In this document: one piece after another, positions 8,362-19,109 of the stretch
Layout of the letters: each line of letters opens with the position of its first letter
Position numbering within the stretch: the stretch's first letter is position 1
DNA from: a virus
Lineage: Duplodnaviria > Caudoviricetes
Virus record (IMG/VR): IMGVR_UViG_3300002301_000039
Location: 1 to 37,767 of that record
Length of the DNA: 37,767 nucleotides
Reading direction: 5' to 3' (one strand)
Notes under the pieces: generated by a model
Databases searched by the model: none
What the model was told of the DNA's origin: nothing
What the model saw: only the letters and a program-made list of their open reading frames with translations
Translations under genes and position numbers: made by a program

Positions 8362-9072
8362 TTACACCCTTGGAGGCGTGGCGATAGGCGAAGGAGATTG
8401 CGAAGACCATGCGGAAGATTGAAATTTCTTCCGGTATTCCTCAACCATCGCGCCCTTCAACAATTGCTCGTATTGTTGTTCCCAATTAATCGGCATTTGT
8501 TGATCAGCACCCGTAGATGAAAAGTTGCGCTGATAGCCAGCGATGTAAACCATGCTGGCACAAATAAACAGATCGGGAAGATAAGTAGAAATAAAAGTAG
8601 TCGTATTCGAAGCCGATAATGGGGCCGAATGAACCGTTCCCGTTAACGTTAATGGATAAGCTGCGTTAGGATACGGCCCAAGGAGAATATACTGATATGT
8701 GTTGCCAGTCGTGGACGAATCGCCGCCGTAAACAGCGAATACGGATGGAATGCCCGCACTAGCGGAACTGTTAAACACAGATTGGATGTATTCTTTGGCA
8801 ACTGGGGCCAATGGATATGAAACGCCATTTACGGTCACCTGAATCGTTTGCAGCGTAATAAACGCCGCCGTAGGTATGGTTAAAAGGTTACCTGATGTAG
8901 GCGTCTGATATGAGGTATTATCAAATACCTGAGTGGATAAGAAATCCAGATCACGCTGCATCCGCAATTGTGCATAGTTAATTGCCTGAGGCAAAATGAT
9001 CTGGAAATTGGCGTCAGTCGTGGGAACAACTGCCAACGTAGCGATTTGCTGAACGTAACTGTTATAATCCAC
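8362..9072 (-). CDS. Tail tubular protein A / adaptor-like structural protein
   Basis: 236 aa, GTG start, helical N-terminus, LLGPYPNAAY motif; immediately upstream of the nozzle gene. Confidence 0.6.
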   Translation of the reverse strand: MDYNSYVQQIATLAVVPTTDANFQIILPQAINYAQLRMQRDLDFLSTQVFDNTSYQTPTSGNLLTIPTAAFITLQTIQVTVNGVSYPLAPVAKEYIQSVFNSSASAGIPSVFAVYGGDSSTTGNTYQYILLGPYPNAAYPLTLTGTVHSAPLSASNTTTFISTYLPDLFICASMVYIAGYQRNFSSTGADQQMPINWEQQYEQLLKGAMVEEYRKKFQSSAWSSQSPSPIATPPRV

Positions 9073-9084
9073 GACTTTTCATCC

Positions 9085-9276
9085 TTATTCGGTTGGCTGT
9101 TCTTCTACTGGTGCAGCAGGTGCGGCAGTTGTCGCAGCTTCAACCTGTGGTTTTGCTTGACTGTGTAAGAGTGCAATTACGTCCGCAACTTCCGAATACG
9201 CGCCAGCAGCAAGATGTTTCAACACCGTGTTAATGTGTGCGACGGTAAGTTTCAGGTCTAATTCAAGATTGTCCAT
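9085..9276 (-). CDS. Small hypothetical protein (possible fibre chaperone)
   Basis: 63 aa, GAGGGA SD, fills the operon gap. Confidence 0.7.
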   Translation of the reverse strand: MDNLELDLKLTVAHINTVLKHLAAGAYSEVADVIALLHSQAKPQVEAATTAAPAAPVEEQPTE

Positions 9277-9285
9277 ACTTCCCTC

Positions 9286-9594
9286 TTAGAATGGTGGCTT
9301 TTGAGGCTGAATTTGTGGTTTAGATATTTGTGCTATCTGCGCCGCTATTGCCGCCTCAACCCCTGTTGTACTGATAGATTGTGATACCCATTGAAACGCC
9401 ATATCCTGCGTGATTTGATCATACGGAGTAAATTCCGCCGGGTTTGGTGTCCCAAGTTTCACTGTACCAGAATTTGAAGAAGTTACATAGCCATCAGTTC
9501 CACTGCAAACCCAATTAATGGCGGTTACCACATTGGGTAAATCGCCAGCACTTGGATCGACAACGAATTGAGGGAATGACCATGTGTATTGCAT
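9286..9594 (-). CDS. Tail-fibre-associated hypothetical protein (102 aa, MQYTWSFPQF...)
   Basis: The probable start is the ATG at 9594, overlapping the upstream TAA (TAATG); the longer track ORF overlaps the upstream gene. Confidence 0.75.
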   Translation of the reverse strand: MQYTWSFPQFVVDPSAGDLPNVVTAINWVCSGTDGYVTSSNSGTVKLGTPNPAEFTPYDQITQDMAFQWVSQSISTTGVEAAIAAQIAQISKPQIQPQKPPF

Positions 9595-11054
9595 TACGTG
9601 TACTGCCAAATACGGATAAAGCCTTGGGAACCAGCGCCACCAATATAACCCGAAGGAGCACCCGGACTTGCTCCACCACCACCACAACCAAATGCAGTAG
9701 CTGCTGATCCTGCCGTATTATAACCAGATAATGCTGCACCTCCGAACGGAAGATAAAGATAAACTGGGTTGCCGCCACGCGCTCCATAAGCAGTGCTAGT
9801 ACTTCCAGCTACACCCGCAAAACTTAACGAACTTCCATTTGTAGTTGTACCACCAGCGCCACCTGTTCCGCCTGATACTCCACCAACTCCGCCGCTACCA
9901 CCGCCCGCAGTATAAGTTGTGGAGCCTATTGTTATACTTGTATTTCCGCCACTTCCTCCGGTTCCACTACCAGTAGAACCAGAAGTTCCACCAGCACCCA
10001 CCGATATTGTATAGGTAGTAGATGGAGTAACCGAAATAGCATATTGAGTTAAATATGCACCACCACCGCCACCGCCGCCACCTAAGCCTCTTGTATCAGA
10101 AGAACTACCACCACCACCGCCACCACCGCCCAACAATTCAAAATAAATCGTATTGCATGTCGAAGCAGTCGTAAAAGAAGTTGTGCTTGTGTTGGTGATC
10201 AATGTTTCGCTGATAAGACGACCAGAAGCATTTGCTACTGCCGATGACCAAGTTAAGACACTACCTGTAATGGTCGTGGATGAGACCGTTTGAGATGCAG
10301 AAACTTGCCAGCTCAAACCCGAACCGCTTACAATAGTCGTTCCAGCCGTCACGCCAGTACCCGTTAAGGTTTGACCAGCAGCGATGGTTCCGCTTGTGAT
10401 GCTTGCAACCGTCAACGTTGTTCCGGAAATAGAACCGTTAAACACGGAAATAGGCGTAAAAGAAGCAGTTAAAACATTACCATTGGCCGTAGGCGGCACA
10501 AAAGATGGCGTACTTGTTCCGTTACCAAGAATGACATTGTTTGCTGTTAGGGTAGTTAAACCAGTACCACCAAGGCTTACGGGGACTGGAAACTGAACTA
10601 ATCCATCATCCGCCTTATAGACGTTCGTTCCGTCGCTATAAAGTAATGCGTTAAATCCTTGTGGGACAGTAACAGTATTGCCAGCAGCAGCCGTTCCACC
10701 CGTATTTGAAACACCAATAGTAACGGTAAACGCATTGGTGGTGACATTGCTAAACACCCACATACCGGAAATACCAACACTATTATATTGGGGTATTAGA
10801 ACGGTTTGGTTGGCAGCAAGAGCGCCCGTTAACAAGAACCGCATTGCTTGTGATGTTCCGCCCGCAGCCGTGGTGCTAGGGGCTGGGATCACAGTAAATG
10901 AAGGTGTTGAACTGGTGCTGACCGAAATGCTGGTTGTATTACCAAACATTTGATCCAGAATTGTCGTATTATTGTTAACGGGGACATCCCATGTATTAAC
11001 ATACGCCCCATTATTTGGCTCTGTTAAAGCAAGATTGTTTGTGGTGGTGGTCAT
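9594..11054 (-). CDS. Tail fibre protein with C-terminal glycine-rich domain
   Basis: 486 aa, T/G/S-rich; N-terminal anchor (TWDVPVNNN), VSLGGTG joint, and LLGGGGGGGG...GGAGSQGFIRIW glycine-rich domain. Confidence 0.8.
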   Translation of the reverse strand: MTTTTNNLALTEPNNGAYVNTWDVPVNNNTTILDQMFGNTTSISVSTSSTPSFTVIPAPSTTAAGGTSQAMRFLLTGALAANQTVLIPQYNSVGISGMWVFSNVTTNAFTVTIGVSNTGGTAAAGNTVTVPQGFNALLYSDGTNVYKADDGLVQFPVPVSLGGTGLTTLTANNVILGNGTSTPSFVPPTANGNVLTASFTPISVFNGSISGTTLTVASITSGTIAAGQTLTGTGVTAGTTIVSGSGLSWQVSASQTVSSTTITGSVLTWSSAVANASGRLISETLITNTSTTSFTTASTCNTIYFELLGGGGGGGGSSSDTRGLGGGGGGGGAYLTQYAISVTPSTTYTISVGAGGTSGSTGSGTGGSGGNTSITIGSTTYTAGGGSGGVGGVSGGTGGAGGTTTNGSSLSFAGVAGSTSTAYGARGGNPVYLYLPFGGAALSGYNTAGSAATAFGCGGGGASPGAPSGYIGGAGSQGFIRIWQYT

Positions 11055-11290
11055 TACTTATCCGCCTTCCCGTCAAGTTTGTCGTAAATCCGCTGGAACA
11101 TGTCCTCAATATGCGTCATTCGCTTATCTAAGTCCACTTTTAGAACGTATTCCTTGGGCAAGTTGGATTCTAATGTACTGAGGTCTTTACGCAGTTCTTT
11201 CACTGCGCCCCACAATTCACGCGCAAACCAGCCAAACACAGCCAGAAAGATGCCGCCAATCATATCAATCAAGTTCTGATACTCGCCCAT
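11054..11290 (-). CDS. Small membrane-anchored coiled-coil protein (holin-like?)
   Basis: One N-terminal hydrophobic helix (MIGGIFLAVFGWF) followed by a charged coiled coil; AGGA SD. Confidence 0.55.
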   Translation of the reverse strand: MGEYQNLIDMIGGIFLAVFGWFARELWGAVKELRKDLSTLESNLPKEYVLKVDLDKRMTHIEDMFQRIYDKLDGKADK

Positions 11291-11299
11291 AACAATTCC

Positions 11300-11770
11300 T
11301 TATGCGTTCTGATTAGGCGACAGAGGCCAGTTGGTTGCGGATATGACTTCCACCAACGATGCAATATCGTTCGCGGCATTAATGGCAGCTTTAATTGTTA
11401 CGATGTAGGCACGGACCGCTGCACGAAACGCAACCCAGTCAGCAGGGGCAGTATATCCGGCATCCGCAAGGTGGCGGAAGTCCATGTAATCGGTCGGAGC
11501 CAGAATGGCGTATGCGGTCTGGTCAATCAAACTAAGGAAGTAGGTCTTGGTCGGAGCCAAATCCTTATCAACCGTGGTGAACGTGCCATCAAGGTTCTCT
11601 GTGACCCAATAGAAACGGTCATCAGGGCGGGGTTGTTCTATAACCTCCACGATACCTAACGCCGCCAGTTGTTCCGGCGTAGCGGTACGCAGGAAGTTTG
11701 GCGGATAGTTTTCGCCGTCAATGGTGAATGGCAGGTCTAAAACAAGCCTCTGGTCTTTATAAACGTACAT
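11300..11770 (-). CDS. Tail fibre assembly/chaperone-like protein
   Basis: Follows the lectin-domain fibre gene with a TAATG overlap; YPPNFL and W.AFRAAVR motifs resemble fibre chaperones. Confidence 0.6.
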   Translation of the reverse strand: MYVYKDQRLVLDLPFTIDGENYPPNFLRTATPEQLAALGIVEVIEQPRPDDRFYWVTENLDGTFTTVDKDLAPTKTYFLSLIDQTAYAILAPTDYMDFRHLADAGYTAPADWVAFRAAVRAYIVTIKAAINAANDIASLVEVISATNWPLSPNQNA

Positions 11771-14142
11771 TATACAGCCCTACTGATGGTGAATGGATTT
11801 TCGGCAAAAGCCGCATAGATATAAGTTCCTGCTGACACGTTGACGACGGTGGCACTGCGGCATTTGAAGCCGTTGGATAAAAAGTCAACAGATGTGGCAG
11901 AAGTTTCAGCCGCCGAAGAATCCGCCAACAATGTCGCAGACACAACATCATTAGGGCTGCGGGACGAATCCCAAATATACCAATCGCTTGTTGAATCGGT
12001 GCGCTTAACCAGCAAATACCTTGGCCTAAAGCCAAGATATACAAAAGGACCATTGGTTGATGCGTTGCCCGTATAGCTACCAAATGAGGAATATCCGGGG
12101 ATGGCCGTCCAGCAGTATGCCTGCATATTACTATCAGTGGTTTGCTTAATATCACCAACGCTAAAAACAGTTGATGTTGGTGCAGTGTTATTCCAGACAC
12201 TAGTACTTGCAACAGAAGCCGCAGTAGTTTCTAATTGAATATAATTTCCAGCTCCAGTAATTGTTGTGTAAACACACCAATGAGATGTAGAATCAGTTAA
12301 ACTTTTTACAATCATAAAATTAGGAACAGCACCTAATCCATGCCCAACAGTAGGAGTTCCACCCGCAGCAGAATAAGTTACCACGCTAAAACCAGCAGTA
12401 TTATTTACTGAAACCGTAGATGTAAGACTGCCTGATGTGTTAGATGTGGTTGTATTACTAGCTAACCATTGCCAAGCATCATAAGTAGCAGTATTTGTAT
12501 TTAAATTTGATGATGTCCCAAGCGTAAACCCATTGGAGTTGAAGCTAGTTAAGCTAGTAGCATCAGTTTGTTGACTATTTGTAGAATTACTAACAGCAAA
12601 TTTTGTAGCACCAATGTTAATATTAAAAAGTTCATTGTTCGTGGCTGCTGAACGGGACTTCAGCCAGACAAAATCAGGTTGAAACGAAGTAGCACTTTTA
12701 TTGTTATTGCTGTTGTTTACACTTAATGTCGCGCCCGTACCCGTATATAGCGTTGCAGCCATATAGTTTGCGCCATTAAGAATGGTTGGCGTTGGCAGAT
12801 TATAGGTATTCAGTGCCACAAAGCCCGTTGGTGCGGTATAGGTAAATGGCTGCTGACCAAAATTGAAACGAATGGTTTCGTTATCACAAGTAGCGTAAGG
12901 GAAAAGCCCCAAGGAAGCGGCAACTGTAAGCGTTTGGTTAGTTCCCGATGATGGATTACCCGTTGTTCCTAATGTTGAGTTATACCAGACGTTGCTAAGA
13001 CCCAGCCATAGGTTTCCAGAACCCGCATCATAAGCCACTTGAACAACCGCACCCGCAGAAATAGCACCTGTTCCGGTTGAACCAGTTGCGCCATTGGTAA
13101 CAAGCACCTTACTGGCGTTTACATATATTACATAGGTTCCGGTCGTGGATTGAGGAGCAGAAGTCAAACTTGCTGCCGATGTTGCAACACCCCATGAAAA
13201 AGCAACGGAACTGGAGGTAAGCGTATTAACCGTAACTTCCCAATAAAATTTACCGCTTGTCGGTAACTGGATTGTTCCTACGACACCCGTATGTGCTGCC
13301 GTTCCTTGTGTAAGCGTTAAATTTCCTTCTGTCGGTGCGACAGTTCCATAATTGACAGGATTTAACACGCAATAGTTAGAAACTGTTGCACTAACCACGC
13401 TAGGGGTATCAATCATAGCGTCATATGTCACACCAGCCGTTAAGCTGATATTATTTGTCGTCCAGTTGTTGCTGTTACCGGACGTATCATAGCCCAGTGT
13501 AGTTGTGCTGGTCGTATTGCCAAAAGTTAAATGGAACCCGTTATTCCCGTAAGTTCCGGTATATTGAATAGGTTGCCAAATACCGTTTGAATCATAAGCA
13601 CCAAAGCTGGTCGGAGTTAATGCCTGACCATCAATAAAGTTGATTTCCGCCAATTCTCCATCAAAATAGTTGGTGGAGTTGCCTTCACCAATTTGATGCG
13701 CCACAGCGGTATTGAATGCAATGTTGGCGGTAGTTCCCGTTCCAACCGAACTTCCGTTCACATAAATCGTTTGAGCACTGCCGTTCTGAGTATAAACAAT
13801 ATGATACCATGCTGAAGGATCGCGAAAAAGAGCAGTAGTAGTAACCGCAGTGGAGCCATTTATAGTCAAAGCAATAGCATCGCCTGATGTAAAATTAAGC
13901 GATGTATTTGTTCCAGTTCCAAATAAAATTGCCGATGCGGCTAAAACACCCCGCTTAACCCACCCAGACCATGTGTAAACGGTAGAAGATGTTGGCGTAC
14001 CAAAAGTACGGTTCAAATAAGCCGTTGCCGTCTTACGAAACCGCAACGAGTTATTGATCGTGTAAGGGCCAGAGGAAGTCGCAGTTGCGGCAAAGCCAAA
14101 AGCCTTAGCGTCCATTGATCCACGGGTGATAATTGTTGGCAT
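11770..14142 (-). CDS. Receptor-binding/fibre protein with ConA-like (LamG) and SPRY-like domains
   Basis: TWSGWVKR, AWYHIV, YFDGELAEINFIDG (LamG-like); GKFYWEV (SPRY-like); FQPDFVWLKSR and GFRPRYLLVKR repeats. Confidence 0.8.
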   Translation of the reverse strand: MPTIITRGSMDAKAFGFAATATSSGPYTINNSLRFRKTATAYLNRTFGTPTSSTVYTWSGWVKRGVLAASAILFGTGTNTSLNFTSGDAIALTINGSTAVTTTALFRDPSAWYHIVYTQNGSAQTIYVNGSSVGTGTTANIAFNTAVAHQIGEGNSTNYFDGELAEINFIDGQALTPTSFGAYDSNGIWQPIQYTGTYGNNGFHLTFGNTTSTTTLGYDTSGNSNNWTTNNISLTAGVTYDAMIDTPSVVSATVSNYCVLNPVNYGTVAPTEGNLTLTQGTAAHTGVVGTIQLPTSGKFYWEVTVNTLTSSSVAFSWGVATSAASLTSAPQSTTGTYVIYVNASKVLVTNGATGSTGTGAISAGAVVQVAYDAGSGNLWLGLSNVWYNSTLGTTGNPSSGTNQTLTVAASLGLFPYATCDNETIRFNFGQQPFTYTAPTGFVALNTYNLPTPTILNGANYMAATLYTGTGATLSVNNSNNNKSATSFQPDFVWLKSRSAATNNELFNINIGATKFAVSNSTNSQQTDATSLTSFNSNGFTLGTSSNLNTNTATYDAWQWLASNTTTSNTSGSLTSTVSVNNTAGFSVVTYSAAGGTPTVGHGLGAVPNFMIVKSLTDSTSHWCVYTTITGAGNYIQLETTAASVASTSVWNNTAPTSTVFSVGDIKQTTDSNMQAYCWTAIPGYSSFGSYTGNASTNGPFVYLGFRPRYLLVKRTDSTSDWYIWDSSRSPNDVVSATLLADSSAAETSATSVDFLSNGFKCRSATVVNVSAGTYIYAAFAENPFTISRAV

Positions 14143-14149
14143 ATCAACC

Positions 14150-17100
14150 TCAGGCGAACTTGGTTACGGACGCAAACACAGTATATGTCGCGCTGCCCGT
14201 TTTCACAATCGTATAGGTGTAAATGTCAACCGCGCTGGCATCACCTGCTGATGGTGCAGTTCCGCCCTGCCACTTAGGAGTGACTGCCGTGCCATCAATC
14301 GTGAAGGCTGATTGATAGTAGGCCGTAGCGCCGTTCGTAACCATAAAGGCAATCGTGATCGTCTGGCCGGTAGACAGTGCCGTATTCAGCGACGTACCTG
14401 CTGAATGAGCAACGTTCAGCGTCCAGTTGGCGGATGCCGACGTGGTGTAATACAACACTGACTGCGAGGACGTATAGAAGTTGATTGTACCCGTTGCCGC
14501 CGTAGCAGATACCGTTGTCGTTTCAGCAGCGTTGGTTAGGACTGCCGCCAGAACAGAGGACGATCCGTTAAATGTCTGGGTAGCCGTAAATGTCGTAGCC
14601 GTAGCTGGAGCAACATAGTCAGTGCCAGCCGTAGCCGCCGTGAAAGCACTGGTTCCGTTGCCTTTAAGGATGCCGGTAAGAGTGGTTGCACCCGTACCAC
14701 CTGATCCGACAGCAAGAGTAGCAGATAGTGATGCCGCACTGCCTGAAGTATTTACGTTAATCGTGGATGGCAAACTAAGGGTTACGCCACCAGTGGAAGC
14801 AGAAACCGTTACTTGGCTTGCCGTACCCGTAAGCGAAGTTACGCCAGCATTTGCAATTGTAATGGAGCCAGAAGCATTGGTAATGGTCATACCAGTGCCT
14901 TGTGTTAACGTTGTACGGGTAAAGCCCGTTCCGTTACCAATATCCAAAGCACCATTTGCTGGAGTAGAAGTTAAACCAGTACCGCCACCAGCAATACCAA
15001 GCGTACCCCATGTAGGTTGCGCAGCAGAGCCGCCAGAAATAAACGCTTGTCCTGACGTACCATAATTGACCGTAGATGCTGCAACAGAACCGATACCCCA
15101 AGCACCGGACGTATTGATTGCAAATTGACCAGAACCGTTTGTGAAGAACGACAATGGTAAATATGTTCCAGTTCCATTTATACCGGATACTAATTGAACA
15201 TCCGTTGAACCGTTTGTTGCGATCAAAATTTTTGATGTATTGGTAGGATCGGCGGTATTTGTAGCTTGCCATGAAGCAGCCGTAGCCGTTCCATTTGGCA
15301 ACGCATAAATACCAGTTGTACCGTTGGTTGTGCTGGTTTGAAAAGCTAAACGGTTTATTATTGTGGTATTGCTAAAATCGCCAAGGATACGCGAACTAGT
15401 ACCCGTAAATGTGGCATTACCGCTATTACTAATACTGCCAGTAGTAATAGATGTAACTGTAGGGGTTGTGGAATACGAAGGAGCAACACCAACGCCACCC
15501 GATACCAACACAGCACCCGTTGCTACGTCAGACAATTTAGCAATTGTTGTAGAACCAGAAGCGTAAAGTATGTCACCAGTCGTATAAGATGTAAGATTTG
15601 TGCCACCAGAAGCAACAGGAACAACGCCACCAAGGGTAGCAAGCGTTACAGTCGTCCATGTAGGAGCAGCAGATGCGCCACCGGAAAGGAAGAATTGACC
15701 TGACGTGCCATAGGTTGCGCCGCCGATGCCTAATTGACCTGCTGGGCCAAACCGGAAGGCTTCTGTTGGCGAATTATTGCCCGTTGCAGACGTAAATACC
15801 GATGCATACGCACCTTGCGCCGTATCGGTGAAGTTTTCAGCAGCGGAAATAGAAAAATAACCGTTCGAAACAGTAGCAAATCCGGTCGCACCGTAACCGC
15901 GTCCCGTAAACTGAGATAAAGTATCACCAGATTGCGATGCAGTAGGAACAGCCGCCGTACCACGCGCTGAACGTGCGGTATAAACGCCGTAAGAACCAGT
16001 TCCATAAGCGTCTTGGGTGATGCGGGTATTTGCCGCATTTGCACCCATAATGTACAAATCCGTACCAGCAGGTAAGCTAGCGTTTGACGGTGGTGTTGTC
16101 GATTGGCTATTCGATACAATCGTCAAAGTAGAATTTGGCGAAGCGGTGTTTAAGCCAAGACGGAAGTTCGTATTATCCCAAAATAGCTTGCTGTTATTTT
16201 GCGTATAAATACCCGAAGCCCCGGCAAATACCATTGAACCAGTGGTGAATGCAGTTGCTGTTCCAGTGCCGCCATTGGCTACTGGAAGCGTACCAGTGAC
16301 GCCAGCAGTTAAAGAAACCTGACCAAAAGCAGGAGCAGATGATGCGCCGGTAGAAAGAAGGGCATAACCCGTTGTAGAAGGCGAAATTTGACCCACAGAG
16401 GATGTGCTGGCGGCATATAGAAGGCCATAAGCCGTCAATGTCGTTAAACCAGTGCCACCGTTTGCGACGCCAACTGTTCCAAGACCAATCGTATTACCCG
16501 TTTTGGTAATAGGAGCCGAAACCTGAATGTTACCCGAAGATGAAATCTGTGACCAAGTTAACGCTGTAGAACCAACCGTAATGGTCCCCGTGGTCGTCAT
16601 CGTCCAAGAGGTTGCGCCATTCGTTGAACCGTTACTGACGTAAGCAGCAGCGCCCGTTTCAATAAAATTAGGGCCAGAACCCGTGGCATTAAAGTCCGTT
16701 GAACGGGTAAGCACCCAGTTCGTTGAACCAGAACCCTGATTCGTTACGACGTAAATACCATTGTAAGCAGCGGATGTTTCGTTTTTAACCAAAACACGGG
16801 TAGCATTGGAAACGTCCGTGCCCGTAAAAGTATAGCCATCAATGGTCAAAGCCGCCTGAGTACCGGCGTTCGTCAACGTAGCACCAACACCGCCAGTACC
16901 GTTATTATACGTTACCGTGCCAAGATCGGCGGTCGTCGCATAACCAGCGGCGGTATGATAGGTCGTATTAGCAACCGTTGAAACGGTATTGTCCACATAT
17001 TGCTTAGTCGAAAGTTGCAAAGCAGACGTTGGGTCTTGGGTAACCGTAACGGTGGTTAAGCCAGATAAAGTGCTGGAAGAAGCACCCAACGAAATTGAAG

Positions 17101-18379
17101 TTGAACCAATCGTAATGGCGGAGTTAGTAAGACCCGCGTTAGGAATGGTAGAAACAGCAGTAAAAGCACCAGTTCCATTTCCTACGAGATAACCGGTAAG
17201 AGTAATTGCGCCCGTACCGCCATTTGCTACCGGAAGAGTGCCGCTAACATGTGATGTAAGGCCAATTTTGCCCCAAGATGGAGCAATACCAACACCGCCA
17301 GAAATGAGTGCATTGCCAGCAGCAACGTCACTAAGACGAGCCAATGTGGTAGACGATGAAGCGTATAAAATATCGCCAGTGGTATAAGAACTATATCCAG
17401 TACCACCTTGTGTTTCTGACAAAGGCGTCGTTAACCCGGAAAGGCTGGTGATGTCACTGTTTGCACCAGATGCCGCAGCGCCTAAGTTCGTCCGCGCACC
17501 AGATGCGGAATTTGAACCTGTCCCGCCATAGTTCACGGAAATAAGCGTACCATTCCATGTACCAGAGGTAATCGTTGCAAAGTTTGAATTGCCCGTAGCT
17601 GTAAGGGTCGTAAACTTGCCAGAAGAAGGAGTAGTAGCTCCAACCGTCGTTTGATCAATTGAACCGCCTGTGATCGCAACCGAATTGGCATTTTGCGTAG
17701 CCATAGTGCCAAGACCGGAAACTTGGCTTGGTGTGATCGAAATATTGGCGGTTGTTGCTGCTGTAAGCTGTCCTTGGGCATTAACCGTAATAACCGGAAC
17801 AACCGAAGCTGAACCATAAGATTGAGCACTCACACCCGTATTAGCAATTGCTATCGTACCAGTTGTCGTAATAGTGCCGCCAGAAAGGCCAGTTCCAGCA
17901 GTAATAGATGTAATACCAGCACCATAACCCTGAGATTTAACAAACGCAGTTGTAGCTAAAGCTGTGCTTGAATCACTTAAAGATGGCGTTGGAGCAGTTG
18001 GCGTACCCGTAAAAGCGGGGGAATTGAGCGGTGCCGCACCCAAAAGCGACATAGTCTGCGCTACGGTCAAATCAACGGGAGTTGCTGAACCAGCCGTATT
18101 ATTACCTTTAATGGTATACGCATTCATATTCGACAGATAGGCGTTGGTAAGACTACCTGTTGTCAAACCAATCGTACCAGAGGTCGTGATAGTGCCGCCA
18201 GACAACGGCGATTGAGCCGTAATCGACGTAATATATCCAGATGGGTAAACAGACTGTGTATACTGCGCAATCTGATCAACAGTTAAATAAACCGTCGTAC
18301 CATTTTGAACGGCAGGAATCTGATTATTGGCCTGAGCCGCTGTGGTTGGTGGTAAATTGGTTATTGGAATATTTGCCAT
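14150..18379 (-). CDS. Long modular tail fibre protein (1409 aa)
   Basis: T/G/S/A-rich; eight LPVANGGTG-like joints; SPAFTGTPTAPT and ATTAFV fibre motifs; RVLVKNE...NGIY module. Confidence 0.85.
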   Translation of the reverse strand: MANIPITNLPPTTAAQANNQIPAVQNGTTVYLTVDQIAQYTQSVYPSGYITSITAQSPLSGGTITTSGTIGLTTGSLTNAYLSNMNAYTIKGNNTAGSATPVDLTVAQTMSLLGAAPLNSPAFTGTPTAPTPSLSDSSTALATTAFVKSQGYGAGITSITAGTGLSGGTITTTGTIAIANTGVSAQSYGSASVVPVITVNAQGQLTAATTANISITPSQVSGLGTMATQNANSVAITGGSIDQTTVGATTPSSGKFTTLTATGNSNFATITSGTWNGTLISVNYGGTGSNSASGARTNLGAAASGANSDITSLSGLTTPLSETQGGTGYSSYTTGDILYASSSTTLARLSDVAAGNALISGGVGIAPSWGKIGLTSHVSGTLPVANGGTGAITLTGYLVGNGTGAFTAVSTIPNAGLTNSAITIGSTSISLGASSSTLSGLTTVTVTQDPTSALQLSTKQYVDNTVSTVANTTYHTAAGYATTADLGTVTYNNGTGGVGATLTNAGTQAALTIDGYTFTGTDVSNATRVLVKNETSAAYNGIYVVTNQGSGSTNWVLTRSTDFNATGSGPNFIETGAAAYVSNGSTNGATSWTMTTTGTITVGSTALTWSQISSSGNIQVSAPITKTGNTIGLGTVGVANGGTGLTTLTAYGLLYAASTSSVGQISPSTTGYALLSTGASSAPAFGQVSLTAGVTGTLPVANGGTGTATAFTTGSMVFAGASGIYTQNNSKLFWDNTNFRLGLNTASPNSTLTIVSNSQSTTPPSNASLPAGTDLYIMGANAANTRITQDAYGTGSYGVYTARSARGTAAVPTASQSGDTLSQFTGRGYGATGFATVSNGYFSISAAENFTDTAQGAYASVFTSATGNNSPTEAFRFGPAGQLGIGGATYGTSGQFFLSGGASAAPTWTTVTLATLGGVVPVASGGTNLTSYTTGDILYASGSTTIAKLSDVATGAVLVSGGVGVAPSYSTTPTVTSITTGSISNSGNATFTGTSSRILGDFSNTTIINRLAFQTSTTNGTTGIYALPNGTATAASWQATNTADPTNTSKILIATNGSTDVQLVSGINGTGTYLPLSFFTNGSGQFAINTSGAWGIGSVAASTVNYGTSGQAFISGGSAAQPTWGTLGIAGGGTGLTSTPANGALDIGNGTGFTRTTLTQGTGMTITNASGSITIANAGVTSLTGTASQVTVSASTGGVTLSLPSTINVNTSGSAASLSATLAVGSGGTGATTLTGILKGNGTSAFTAATAGTDYVAPATATTFTATQTFNGSSSVLAAVLTNAAETTTVSATAATGTINFYTSSQSVLYYTTSASANWTLNVAHSAGTSLNTALSTGQTITIAFMVTNGATAYYQSAFTIDGTAVTPKWQGGTAPSAGDASAVDIYTYTIVKTGSATYTVFASVTKFA

Positions 18380-19107
18380 TACGCACCTACCTGTGGAATT
18401 TGTGTGTATTGCGGTGGAATACCAACCAACGCTGTTACTATACGTGTATTAGGCCCCAAAAGTCCACCAGAAGGTATGTCTTTTGGAGCATTATAAGTGA
18501 AAACAGTAGCTGATATTACAGTCGCATTGTAAAAACCCATCGCATCATTGCTTGTAATGCCAGCGACAGAAATTTGGGCATTGTCAGCAAGATTGTGTGG
18601 CGATGATGTCGTTACATAAACTGTATTTGTACCATTGGCGGTAATGGAAAGCACTGGAAGCAATACATCATATGCTTGGGTTCCAAATAACGGCATAATC
18701 GCATTCGGGTCCAGATCGGCTGGCTTGCCTAATGGTTGATCCGTAATGTTGATGCCGTCTTCGGTCGTAATTTCATTGTCGTTTGGAACCGGAATGCCTG
18801 TTTGCGGATTAATCGTAAAGCCCGGCTCAGACAAAGTGCCGCTATTGGCGTAAGCATAATCCTCAGGACGTGCATTAAGGATCGGCAACGGGTCTTGCGA
18901 CACCATAATAGGTTTCAATTGAGCCTGAGGCTTATCGTAACATGTCTGGCAGACCAGAAACCGGAGGTTGGTTAACCGTGGGCCACGATAATCAAACTGA
19001 AACTGCAAACTGCGATGGTTATAAATAAACCCGCACCTGTCACAGCGGCCCCAAGCCGATGGTGAACTTGGGTTAGCATATGCACGACCATGCGGGCGGA
19101 ACGCCAT
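18379..19107 (-). CDS. Structural protein with N-terminal CxxC...CxxC motif and C-terminal beta domain
   Basis: CDRCG...CQTC; C-terminal VTTSSPHNL...ISVAG...FTY segment resembles FCCH-like beta domains. Confidence 0.65.
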   Translation of the reverse strand: MAFRPHGRAYANPSSPSAWGRCDRCGFIYNHRSLQFQFDYRGPRLTNLRFLVCQTCYDKPQAQLKPIMVSQDPLPILNARPEDYAYANSGTLSEPGFTINPQTGIPVPNDNEITTEDGINITDQPLGKPADLDPNAIMPLFGTQAYDVLLPVLSITANGTNTVYVTTSSPHNLADNAQISVAGITSNDAMGFYNATVISATVFTYNAPKDIPSGGLLGPNTRIVTALVGIPPQYTQIPQVGA

Positions 19108-19109
19108 GA

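Noticed and set aside
14150-18379. VANGG in the fibre as members of the xxxGG cargo motif
   Set aside because: It is always followed by TG/TN in a hydrophobic fibre-hinge context, unlike the basic, disordered context of the cargo motif.
9594-18379. Diversity-generating retroelement acting on the fibres
   Set aside because: No reverse transcriptase in the window, and no TR/VR pair with adenine-specific mismatches was seen.
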